This document shows, piece by piece, positions 9,832 to 18,700 of a DNA stretch of 64,000 bases (position 1 is its first letter; the number at the start of each line of letters is the position of its first letter). The notes under the pieces are model-generated. The model worked only from the letters and a program-made list of their open reading frames with translations. It was not told where the DNA came from and ran no database searches. The translations under genes and the position numbers were made by a program. The stretch lies in the NCBI GenBank assembly GCA_035530515.1, contig DATKUO010000139.1, positions 1,917 to 65,916 of the forward strand, given 5' to 3'. The DNA comes from Bacteroidales bacterium. GTDB lineage: Bacteria > Bacteroidota > Bacteroidia > Bacteroidales > VadinHA17.

Positions 9832-9915
9832 AAAGTCGAAAGTCTTTAAAGCTGAAAGCTATTAAAATACAATTTATGATATTATTATGACTTTCGACTT
9901 TATAGCCTTTACAGA
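9832..9915. repeat. tdh-kbl intergenic inverted/tandem short-unit repeat
   Basis: AAAGTCGAAAGTC (9832-9844) is the perfect reverse complement of GACTTTCGACTTT (9889-9901). A second pair, AAAGCTGAAAGCTAT (about 9848-9862) and ATAGCCTTTACAG (about 9902-9914), is imperfectly complementary. The order is L1 L2 ... R1 R2, which is not nested. Confidence 0.8.
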
Positions 9916-9940
9916 CAAACTCACCCTCAACTAAAACAAT

Positions 9941-11131
9941 ATGTATTCAAATTATAAGAACCACCTGGTTGCGATTATTAAAGAGATTAAAGAAGCCGGC
10001 CTCTACAAGAATGAAAGGATAATTATATCACCCCAGGGTGCTGAAATTGAACTTGATACAGGTCAGAAAGTATTGAATTTCTGTGCCAATAACTATCTTG
10101 GACTATCGAATAACCCATCGCTAATTGATGCAGCTAAGGTTTCTTTGGATAATCATGGTTATGGGATGTCATCGGTCAGGTTTATCTGTGGTACAACAGA
10201 TCTTCATAAAGAACTCGAGAAAAAGATAGCCGGATTCTTCGGAACTGAAGAGACAATTCTTTACGCAGCTTGTTTTGATGCAAACGGAGGAGTGTTTGAA
10301 CCTCTTCTTACAAGTGAAGATGCAATAATCTCTGATGCTTTGAATCATGCCTCTATTATCGATGGCGTAAGGCTCTGCAAAGCACAACGCTACAGATATG
10401 AAAATGCTGATATGGAGGACCTGAAAGCACAACTGCAACTCGCACAGCAACACAGGTTCAGACTTGTTGTAACCGATGGGGTATTTTCGATGGATGGCAA
10501 TGTGGCACCCCTGGATAAAATAGTGGCGCTTGCAAATAAATACGATGCACTGGTTATGGTCGATGAATCACATTCAGCAGGTGTTGTTGGAAAAACAGGA
10601 AGAGGGGTTACTGAACTTTTTAATATTTCAGGAGAAGTTGAAATCATTACAGGAACTCTTGGGAAAGCATTTGGTGGAGCAATAGGTGGTTTCACAACCG
10701 GGAAAAAAGAGATCATCGAGATTCTGAGACAAAGATCGCGTCCTTACCTGTTCTCAAATTCCATACCCCCAATGGTTGCTGCAGCTGGCATCAGAATGAT
10801 TGAGATGATGACTGAAACGAACATTCTGCAGGACAAACTTCACTGGAATGCTCAATATTTCATTGCTGAAATGACCAAACTGGGTTTTGATATAAAACCC
10901 ACTAAGTCAGCAATATGTGCAGTCATGTTATATGATGCAAAACTTTCACAGGCCTTAGCAGCAAGATTACTGAATGAAGGTATTTATGTTATTGGCTTCT
11001 ATTATCCTGTTGTGCCAAAAGGTCAGGCCAGAATAAGGGTACAGCTTTCTGCAGCACATGAAAAAGAGCATCTTGATATGGCTATAGCAGCTTTCGAAAA
11101 GACAGGAAAGGAATTGGGTGTAATAAAATAG
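9941..11131 (+). CDS. kbl: glycine C-acetyltransferase (2-amino-3-ketobutyrate CoA ligase)
   Basis: 396-aa ORF of the alpha-oxoamine synthase family. It has SHSAGVVG and the PLP-lysine region GTLGKAFGG, and it is adjacent to tdh. Confidence 0.9.
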   Translation: MYSNYKNHLVAIIKEIKEAGLYKNERIIISPQGAEIELDTGQKVLNFCANNYLGLSNNPSLIDAAKVSLDNHGYGMSSVRFICGTTDLHKELEKKIAGFFGTEETILYAACFDANGGVFEPLLTSEDAIISDALNHASIIDGVRLCKAQRYRYENADMEDLKAQLQLAQQHRFRLVVTDGVFSMDGNVAPLDKIVALANKYDALVMVDESHSAGVVGKTGRGVTELFNISGEVEIITGTLGKAFGGAIGGFTTGKKEIIEILRQRSRPYLFSNSIPPMVAAAGIRMIEMMTETNILQDKLHWNAQYFIAEMTKLGFDIKPTKSAICAVMLYDAKLSQALAARLLNEGIYVIGFYYPVVPKGQARIRVQLSAAHEKEHLDMAIAAFEKTGKELGVIK

Positions 11132-11370
11132 ATGTAGATGGCGCAGAATCGATAGTTCTTGACAGCTGCAACAATGTTTTTAAAACCGGGAGGTCATTTA
11201 AAGTGGCACTTTGCACATATCATAAAAATGATGACGAAAATGATTTTACAAGGCTCATGCTTGAGCATGGATTCCAGGTTACTCCTTCAAAAGGGTATAT
11301 GATTCATTACTATGATAAGAAAATGAAAGCACCTTATCTGAGAAGAGGATTAATCAGAGCTGTAAGATAG
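11131..11370 (+). pseudogene. 3' relic of a SAM-dependent methyltransferase gene (no start codon, probable frameshifts)
   Basis: My own translation gives an open frame from the kbl stop to the TAG at 11368-11370: DVDGAESIVLDSCNNVFKTGRSFKVALCTYHKNDDENDFTRLMLEHGFQVTPSKGYMIHYY.., with no usable start. The classic MTase motif LKPGGHL is encoded at 11180-11200 but in a neighbouring frame, flanked by T5A4 and A3 runs. Confidence 0.4.
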
Positions 11371-11385
11371 ATCTGATATTTAAGA

Positions 11386-11413
11386 GTAGAGACGTTGCAT
11401 ACAACGTCTCTAC
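11386..11413. terminator. bidirectional hairpin between the methyltransferase relic and nrdJ (convergent)
   Basis: There is a perfect 12-bp stem, GTAGAGACGTTG (11386-11397) with CAACGTCTCTAC (11402-11413), and a 4-nt loop CATA. It sits 55 bp downstream of the nrdJ stop. No long T-tract follows. Confidence 0.55.
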
Positions 11414-11468
11414 AGTAACATAAATTGATATATAAATATTCCCTGAAACAGGGACCCCTATTACAAAT

Positions 11469-14078
11469 CTAGCCGCACTTTGACGATCCGCAGTCTTTAC
11501 AAATAAGACAACCTTCCTCATAAACCAGGTTCTCCGAACCACATTCACCACATTTGCCTTTTGCCTTTGTTCCGTTTGGAATATACTTTTTCAATGCTCT
11601 CTCCACACCATTCTTCCAATTGTTAATTGACTCACTATCAAGCCTGAGAGATATTATAAGGTTAACTACGTCTGATATTGGCATCTCATGTCTCAACACA
11701 CCTGAAATAAGTTTTGCATAATTCCAGAACTCAGGTTTGAACATGTGAGACAATCCTCCCATTGTTTTCTTATAACCATACTTATCGGTATACTGAAAAT
11801 CGTAACGAGTCTTGCCGTCCTCATCCCTGTTTTTAATAATTTTACCTTTGATTATGCTTTTCGGGATAGGGAATATCTCCTCATCGGCTATACCGGTGAA
11901 TATTTCATAAGGCCGGCTCTCTTTTAACCCGACAAAAGCTACCCACCTTTCTTCATTAATATTAAACCTTATCACATCACAATCAAGAACTTTAGGACGT
12001 TTTGGTTTTTCAGGACGTATATCACTCTTGCCAGCTATAAGAACCCCGTTTCTTGATCCATCGCGATAAACCGTCGCTCCTTTGCATCCCGATTTCCATG
12101 CAGTAAGATAGAGCTCGCTAACCAGCTCTTCTTTCGCATCTGCAGGCAGATTAATTGTAACGCTGATTGAATGGTCGACCCATTTCTGTATCGCGCCCTG
12201 CATCTTCACCTTGGCTATCCAGTCAACATCGTTAGCAGTTGCTTTAAAATAAGGCGATTCCTCAATTATCGATTCAATCTCCTCGTCTCCCATCCGGGTA
12301 ACCTCATCGGTGTCGTATCCGTTCAGTTTAAGCCAATCAATGAACTTATGGTGGAACACATTAAACTCTTCCCATGAATCTCCAACTTCATCATGGAATG
12401 TGATCTTTACATCTTTATCATTAGGATTAACCTTTCTTCTTCTTTTATAGAAAGTTGAAAAGACAGGTTCAATTCCGGAAGTTGTCTGGGTCATAAGACT
12501 TGTTGTTCCTGTTGGCGCTATTGTAAGCAGGGCAATGTTTCTGCGACCAAACTTAACCATGTTATTATACATAACCGGATCTGCCTCTTTCATTCTTAAT
12601 ATGAAAGGGTTATTTTTTTCACGCTCTGCATCATAAATTGCAAAGGCTCCTCGCTCTTTTGCCAGGTAGGTAGATGACTTATATGTTTCCAGGGCAAGGG
12701 TTTTATGAACTTCAACTGAAAAATTTGTAGCATCGTCGCTACCATATCTTAATCCGAGTGCTGCAAGCATATCTCCCTCAGCTGTTATGCCTATTCCTGT
12801 TCTTCTTCCTTCCTCAGCTTTTTTTCTGATATTCGTCCAGAGGTTCCTTTCAACAAGTTTCAATTCTTCAAGCTCAGGATCTCCATTTATTTTTGCAAGA
12901 ATTACATCGATCTTTTCCAGTTCAAGATCAATGATGTCATCCATCATACGTTGTGCCAAACCTGCGTGCTCTTTATACAATTCAAAGTCAAATTCAGACT
13001 TATCGGTAAAAGGATTATTTACATAACTGAACAGGTTTAGTGCCAGAAGCCGGCAGCTGTCGTAGGGGCATAAAGGTATCTCTCCACACGGATTTGTTGA
13101 GACAGTTTCATATCCCAGATCAGCATAGCAATCGGGAACGCTCTCTTTAATTATAGTATCCCAGAATAATACTCCAGGTTCCGCTGATTTCCAGGCATTA
13201 TGGATTATCTTGGTCCATAGCTGCACTGCAATGATGTCTTTTGCAAACTTAGGGTTATCTGATTTAATCGGATATTGTTGTCTGAAAAGTGTTTTTTCTT
13301 CCACTGCTTTCATGAAATCATCGGTAAGCTTAACAGACACATTTGCACCTGTAACCTTTCCGCTTTCAAGTTTGGCATCAATAAACTTCCCAGAATCGGG
13401 GTGCTTGATAGATATTGACAGCATGAGCGCTCCTCTTCTGCCATCCTGCGCTACTTCGCGAGTTGAGTTTGAATATCTCTCCATAAAGGGGACTACGCCT
13501 GTTGAGGTGAGAGCGCTGTTAAAAACAGGTGTCCCTTTTGGCCGGATATGCGATAGGTCGTGGCCAACTCCTCCACGTCGCTTCATAAGCTGAACCTGTT
13601 CCTGATCAATCTTCATAATACCCCCGTAGGAGTCCGAAGTTCCATCATTACCTATAACAAAACAATTCGACAATGAAGCTATTTGGTGGTCATTACCAAT
13701 ACCTGTCATTGGTCCGCCCTGCGGAACAATATATTTGAAATTTTTCAATACACTGTAGATAAGCTCTTCCGATAACGGATTTGGATATTTCTTTTCAATC
13801 CTGTGTATCTCACGGGCCAGCCTGTGATGCATATCGTCAGGTGTTTTTTCAAACAGGTTTCCAAATGAATCTTTCAGTGCATATTTGTTTGTCCACACCC
13901 TTGCTGCCAGTTCATCTCCATTGAAGTACTGTATGCTTTCCTCTACTGCTTCTTCGTGAGTAAAAACAGATTTTTTGATATTACCCCCTTCAACTGTTTT
14001 CTGCATTTCTGGTACTGATTGCTTTTTTATTGCCTTTTCAGTTGCAATAGCTGGTTCCTGGACAAATAATTCTTCCAT
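11469..14078 (-). CDS. nrdJ: adenosylcobalamin-dependent (class II) ribonucleoside-diphosphate/triphosphate reductase
   Basis: 869-aa ORF with an RNR barrel active-site region (STNPCGEIPLCPYDSCRLLALNL) and no class I R2 partner nearby. The C-terminal Cys-rich tail CGECGSENLVYEEGCLICKDCGSSKCG matches the zinc-finger tail known for many class II RNRs. Confidence 0.85.
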   Translation of the reverse strand: MEELFVQEPAIATEKAIKKQSVPEMQKTVEGGNIKKSVFTHEEAVEESIQYFNGDELAARVWTNKYALKDSFGNLFEKTPDDMHHRLAREIHRIEKKYPNPLSEELIYSVLKNFKYIVPQGGPMTGIGNDHQIASLSNCFVIGNDGTSDSYGGIMKIDQEQVQLMKRRGGVGHDLSHIRPKGTPVFNSALTSTGVVPFMERYSNSTREVAQDGRRGALMLSISIKHPDSGKFIDAKLESGKVTGANVSVKLTDDFMKAVEEKTLFRQQYPIKSDNPKFAKDIIAVQLWTKIIHNAWKSAEPGVLFWDTIIKESVPDCYADLGYETVSTNPCGEIPLCPYDSCRLLALNLFSYVNNPFTDKSEFDFELYKEHAGLAQRMMDDIIDLELEKIDVILAKINGDPELEELKLVERNLWTNIRKKAEEGRRTGIGITAEGDMLAALGLRYGSDDATNFSVEVHKTLALETYKSSTYLAKERGAFAIYDAEREKNNPFILRMKEADPVMYNNMVKFGRRNIALLTIAPTGTTSLMTQTTSGIEPVFSTFYKRRRKVNPNDKDVKITFHDEVGDSWEEFNVFHHKFIDWLKLNGYDTDEVTRMGDEEIESIIEESPYFKATANDVDWIAKVKMQGAIQKWVDHSISVTINLPADAKEELVSELYLTAWKSGCKGATVYRDGSRNGVLIAGKSDIRPEKPKRPKVLDCDVIRFNINEERWVAFVGLKESRPYEIFTGIADEEIFPIPKSIIKGKIIKNRDEDGKTRYDFQYTDKYGYKKTMGGLSHMFKPEFWNYAKLISGVLRHEMPISDVVNLIISLRLDSESINNWKNGVERALKKYIPNGTKAKGKCGECGSENLVYEEGCLICKDCGSSKCG

Positions 14079-14350
14079 AGTTTTCTGTTATTCTCTGATT
14101 TTAATGAGATTAAACGACCACTGATTTTTTCGGCGGGTAATTGCTAAATTAAACAAGCATTATCCCCGATGCAAGCCAAAATTTTTAAGTTTATTAACAT
14201 TTGGTAGTATAGTTATTAACTACTGCTTAACGACCTGATATTTTGCATTATATAAAAGCAGCCTATTCTGACATATGTAGTTATTTCACCAAAGTCATTA
14301 ATTTTTGAGGATTTTAAAATGTAAGGAACGGTCTGTAGCTATAGTATTCC

Positions 14351-14455
14351 TTATAAGCCTATCAAAATGATAATATTATTGCCACCGACTGCAGCTACTT
14401 CAAGAGCCCAATAAACATTTTCCTGTCCACGGACATCTGAAAAGTCAACATCATA
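14351..14455 (-). pseudogene. comM: relic of comM/yifB (Mg-chelatase-like AAA+ ATPase), about 34 codons plus stop
   Basis: My own minus-strand translation gives YDVDFSDVRGQENVYWALEVAAVGGNNIIILIGL*. The ComM/YifB family has D(F/L)xDVKGQExxKRALE(I/V)AAAGGHN(I/L)L(L/M)IGPPGxGKT at this position. The match stops before the Walker A motif, and the N-terminal and AAA+ parts of the gene are absent. Confidence 0.6.
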
Positions 14456-14565
14456 TTTCCTGTTTTCAGCGTTGCAACACCCTAATTTTAATTCTAAATT
14501 GATATCGTTTGTTATTCCCAAAAAACTTGTTTGTCAATATAATTAATTTCAATTATTTAATGTAA

Positions 14566-14756
14566 ATATTCCGGTGCGCTGCACCTCTATCCTTTACGAC
14601 AAACATTTATCTACAAATATTATTGTGCGCTGCACCTTTTGGCCTGTGCTACAATCAAGTCGTTGCAAATATAATGGTGCTCCGCACCTTTTGGTCTGTA
14701 CTACAATCAAGTCGTTTAAATATAATGGTGCTCCGCACCTTTTGGCGCCACCAAAA
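14566..14756. repeat. REP-like array: four tandem ~51-bp units, each with a GGTGC-NNN-GCACC hairpin
   Basis: The hairpins are GGTGCGCTGCACC at 14573-14585, (T)GTGCGCTGCAC(C) at 14625-14635, and GGTGCTCCGCACC at 14676-14688 and 14727-14739. Units 2-4 share ..AATATAATGGTGCTCCGCACCTTTTGGYCTGTRCTACAATCAAGTCGTT. The array ends in the palindrome TTTTGGCGCCACCAAAA (14740-14756). Confidence 0.85.
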
Positions 14757-14809
14757 TCATTTACATACAAATAGTTCGGTCATCTATACCTTTTATGGCA
14801 TAACACTAT

Positions 14810-14874
14810 GCAGCAGAGCTGCAAAATATTTGTAGAAATGCATTTGAAAAACATAACCACAGGTGCAGAGCACC
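14810..14874. repeat. two REP-like hairpins in the opposite orientation to the 14566-14756 array
   Basis: The hairpins are GCAGCAGAGCTGC (14810-14822) and GGTGCAGAGCACC (14862-14874). The reverse complement of the second, AAATATTGCGGTGCTCTGCACC, aligns with unit AAATATAATGGTGCTCCGCACC of the forward array. The second hairpin lies 8 nt from the RAYT-like gene stop. Confidence 0.75.
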
Positions 14875-14881
14875 GCAATAT

Positions 14882-15361
14882 TTAATCCCCTCCATAAATA
14901 TCACTAAAAAATTCAAACAGGTATTCCTGGTTAAATTCAACATTGTTCTTTTCAAGCATTTCCAAATACTCTTCTTTGAATCGCTTTTTTTTGTGATGTT
15001 CTTTCTGAGTTAAAATATATTTCACCACAGTGTCAACTTGGGACCGGGAATGGGTAAAAGCCCCGTAACCTTTTTGCCATTCAAATCTAAATTTAGATAA
15101 CCTTTCCCCTTTTATCCATGAATTAGATGATGTTTTAATTTCTTCTACCAGATCCGGGATCAGTTGATTCACATTATATCCGATTAAGAAATGAATATGG
15201 TCGGGCATTGCACCTATTGCCAGCATTTTATGCCGATGATTTTGGACAATTCCTGTAATATACATCTCCAATTCATCTTTCCATTCTTTTTTTATTAAGG
15301 CATCGCGGTTTTTCACTGCAAATACCAAATGAAAATAACATTGAGTATAAGTGTTTGCCAT
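14882..15361 (-). CDS. IS200/IS605-like HUH Y1 transposase homologue, RAYT-like (REP-associated tyrosine transposase)
   Basis: 159-aa ORF with the HUH motif in MPDHIHFLIGY, the WQKGYGAF motif, and the catalytic-Tyr helix VVKYILTQKEHHKK. There is no tnpB or second ORF. REP-type hairpins flank it on both sides. Confidence 0.8.
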   Translation of the reverse strand: MANTYTQCYFHLVFAVKNRDALIKKEWKDELEMYITGIVQNHRHKMLAIGAMPDHIHFLIGYNVNQLIPDLVEEIKTSSNSWIKGERLSKFRFEWQKGYGAFTHSRSQVDTVVKYILTQKEHHKKKRFKEEYLEMLEKNNVEFNQEYLFEFFSDIYGGD

Positions 15362-15606
15362 TGTGTTTTACATTTTAATTTTCGCATAAACGTGCCATAA
15401 AGGTAGCTTGCAACACCCAAATTCAAAAATCAATCCACATTAAATACGGGTTTCCGAAGCTATTTTTAAATAGTGCGTAAAACAGGTGGGCCCGTTAAAC
15501 ATTTTCCTGTCCACTGTTTAGCAAATTTTTATCATATTTATAAGGTTATAATTCATGGAACCGACTCGTGGTACAATTTAGATTATTATATTCCCTGTAA
15601 TTATTT

Positions 15607-15629
15607 ATGAAATCGCTCCGCGGTTTCAT
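15607..15629. repeat. degenerate REP-like hairpin on the 5' side of the RAYT-like gene
   Basis: ATGAAATCGCTCCGCGGTTTCAT has outer arms ATGAAA/TTTCAT. Its core CGC-TCC-GCG shares GCTCCGC with the GGTGCTCCGCACC units. Confidence 0.35.
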
Positions 15630-15660
15630 ATTAATGATAATAATTCATCTATGATTTAAA

Positions 15661-15694
15661 GAAAAAAAGAGGCTGTTAAGAATCTAACAGCCTC
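15661..15694 (-). terminator. intrinsic terminator of the TonB-dependent receptor gene
   Basis: A 10-bp perfect stem, GAGGCTGTTA (15669-15678) with TAACAGCCTC (15685-15694), has a 6-nt loop. On the minus strand it is followed by TCTTTTTTTC. It starts 23 nt after the receptor stop codon. Confidence 0.8.
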
Positions 15695-15716
15695 CAATAT
15701 TGAAAAACAAATCAGT

Positions 15717-18700
15717 CTAGTTGAAAATATATCTTAATCCAATCTGGCCTCTCCAGCGTGAAGAGAAATCACTTATAGACCATACATCCTGTGTTTGTGG
15801 TTTAAAAGCATAGGTTGGAAGGGATGTGCCTCCCTGTCGGCCCCTGTAATCAATAATTGTCTTATTAAACCCTGCTGAATAAACACGCCCCCAATCTTTG
15901 TTAAGTAGATTCCCCAGATTCATGATATCGAATGTAATCTGTAGAGTATTTCTCTTGTCATTTACATTAATATAGAAATCCTGAGCAATTCTTAAGTCTA
16001 ATTGATTTACAAAAGGAACATGAGCCCCATTTCTCTCAGCATAATCTCCTCTGCGTGTGCTTAAATAAGGTTCGTCTGCCAAAAATTCTTTGAGTGCACT
16101 GGCTTGATCAGCAGGAGCAGTTGTTATCGAACTAGATGTAACAAATTGTCCATTAGTAAGCATCCCGTCAATCTGAGCATCTGTAGGTATATATATTAAG
16201 TCATTCGCATAATATCCATCACTATTAACATCCCCATAATAGATATAGGAGAAGTTATATCCAGTTTGTCCACTATAAAAGAGACCTATTGAAGTAGCCA
16301 TGCTATTAAAATAATCCTTTTTATATGAAACAGCTGCTATTACTCTGTGCCTTGTATCAAAATCGGAATATGATAACTCTGGTGAGTTGGCTCCACTATA
16401 CTGCTCATTATATTTCCAGTTTGAAAATGCCTGACTTGATGTTCCTGCATTTATATCTTTAGCCATTCCGTATGTATAGGCAGCCATCAGATTAAGTCCA
16501 AAACCAAAATCTTTCTCAAGTTTACCTGTAATTGAATAGCTATAACCCTTGTTTGTATTAGTAAGATATACAACATTGGTAAAAGGAGTTGTTATTTTTG
16601 TATAAACTGGTCTGTTATCTATCCCTGGAAGAAACGTTGGTGAAAGTTCAATAGTAAGGTCTCTATAATCAATATCATTCATTTTTTTGGTATATATACT
16701 TTCTAAAGTTCCTTTTATACCATAAGGCAATTTCTGGTCAACTGCAAGATTAGTGCGGAATGATTGAGGAAATTTGAATTTAGGATCAACAACATCTATT
16801 TCACTGGAAAGAGCACTTGTACCAACTGGTTGATTATTTATATCTGAAGTAAACTCGAATCCTGGAGGAAAAGCACCTGGATTAGTAAAAGAATACCTGA
16901 TATATTCAACTCCTGTATTTGAAAATTGGTTTGACAACCATACAAAAGGAAGCCTTCCTGTAAATATTCCAGCACCACCACGAACCTGAGTTTTACGATC
17001 GCCTGTTACATCCCAGTTAAATCCAACTCTTGGAGACCACATAGGTACAGCCTCAGGCATTTGGTCAGTAGTAACTCCAAATTTTGTATAATTTGGATCA
17101 CTATTAAAAGTTGTATTTCCAGTAGGTTTATCAGGGAAAACAGGCAAGTCAACTCTTAAACCAATAGTAAGTTTTAATCCCTTTGCTGCATTCCACTCGT
17201 CCTGAACATATAATCCTAACTGGTATGCATTAAATGAAGGAGCCCATCGAGGAGAACCTGTAATTGATTCATTTGAGAACGAATATCCATATTCTTTAGG
17301 CAATGCTTCTGCAAGAGTTCCTACTGACATGAAATTATTAAAACTGCTATAAACATAAGCACCCATATTATCTCTGATGAAGAGATTTCTGAACCCAAAA
17401 AATTCATTATGTGTTCCAATAGTCAGGTTATGCTTTCCGAGAAACCATAGGAGGTTGTCTTCAATACTCCAAATATCCTGATCAAGTTCATTTGCTGAAG
17501 AGTATCTTTCACTTCCAATCTCTAAACTTCTGGATTCTCCGTCTATTTTATCAATTTTGATGTATGGGAATGGATCTCCCATTAATGAACGATAATCACG
17601 AACTCGTGTATATCCTATTCTAAGTTCATTGGCAATATTATCGTTAAAACGTGATTTTAATTCTGCAACCGTTGAATTAGTCTTATTAATAAATCTATAA
17701 CCAGCATTGTTAAAGGCAAGATAATCTCTGGAACGACTTAATTTATCATCAAGAGCATCAAGAAAACTATGACGCAACGTAAGTTGATGGTTGGCGTTAA
17801 TATTCCAATCCAGACGGCCGAAAAGTTTTGTGCTTTTTGTACTATTAATAAAGCTACCATAACCTCCTGCATCATAACCAGGTCCTATTTCTGCAAGTTT
17901 AGTTAAAATACTATCAAGCATTCCCTGACGAAAATTTGATCCATCACCTAAATCATATGTAGAGGGTTGCTCCTTTTTTGTCATTTCAGCATTTAAAAAG
18001 AAAAACAGTTTATTTTTGATAATAGGACCACCCACACTAAGCCCTGCCTGATAATCACTATAATTATTTAGTTTTGATCTGGTAGCATCAGGATTATCCG
18101 TTGGTGTTTTTGCGACAAGTCCTTGATTATTACCGAAGAAATATGCAGATCCGGTAATTTCATTAGTCCCGCTTTTTGTTATAGCATTAATTCCACCACC
18201 GGTGAAACCTCCCTGACGAACATCGAAAGGTGCAATAACAACCTGTATTTCCTGAATAGCGTCAAGAGAAATCGGTTGGGTTGCTGCCTGACCTCCATTG
18301 GTTCCACTACCAGATAATCCAAAAACATCATTACTTACTGCACCGTCAATCTGAAAATTATTATACCTGTTGTTTGAACCTGCCAGAGAGACGCCCCCTG
18401 ATGTTGTTGTTGCTTGTGGGGTTAGTCTTGTAAAATCATTCAGACTTCTTGCAATGGAGGGCATCTGCCCCATGTTTTCCTGAGTAATGTTAGTATTAGC
18501 ACCTGTTCTTCCTGAGTTAAAAGTATTATCAGGTTTGCCAACAACAATTACCTCACCCATTTGTACAACATCCTCAACCATTTTTATTGAAAAATCCAGT
18601 CTGTCACCTAACCTTAAAAATACTTTCTCTTGAATATCTGGTTTATATCCAATGAAAGTAACTTTAATTGAATACGGTCCACCTACATTAAGGTTTGGAA

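Noticed and set aside
14079-14350. Cobalamin riboswitch or NrdR box upstream of the B12-dependent nrdJ
   Set aside because: Reading the minus strand, I find no B12-box-like GCCACTG core in the right context. There are no conserved GC-rich paired regions, since the leader is very AT-rich, and no NrdR-type palindrome pair. A covariance-model scan would be the decisive test.
14574-14835. Two overlapping + strand ORFs (66 and 70 aa) with internally repeated peptides (..NGAPHLL.., ..MVLRTFW..)
   Set aside because: Both are read through the ~51-bp REP tandem array, and their repetition mirrors the DNA repeat. They are artefacts of the array rather than genes.
14566-14874. Possible CRISPR array, given regularly spaced palindromic repeats
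   Set aside because: The whole ~51-bp unit is repeated, including the segments that would be spacers, so there are no unique spacers. The palindromic core is only 13 nt. No cas genes are present, and the adjacent gene is an HUH transposase homologue, which fits REP/RAYT instead.
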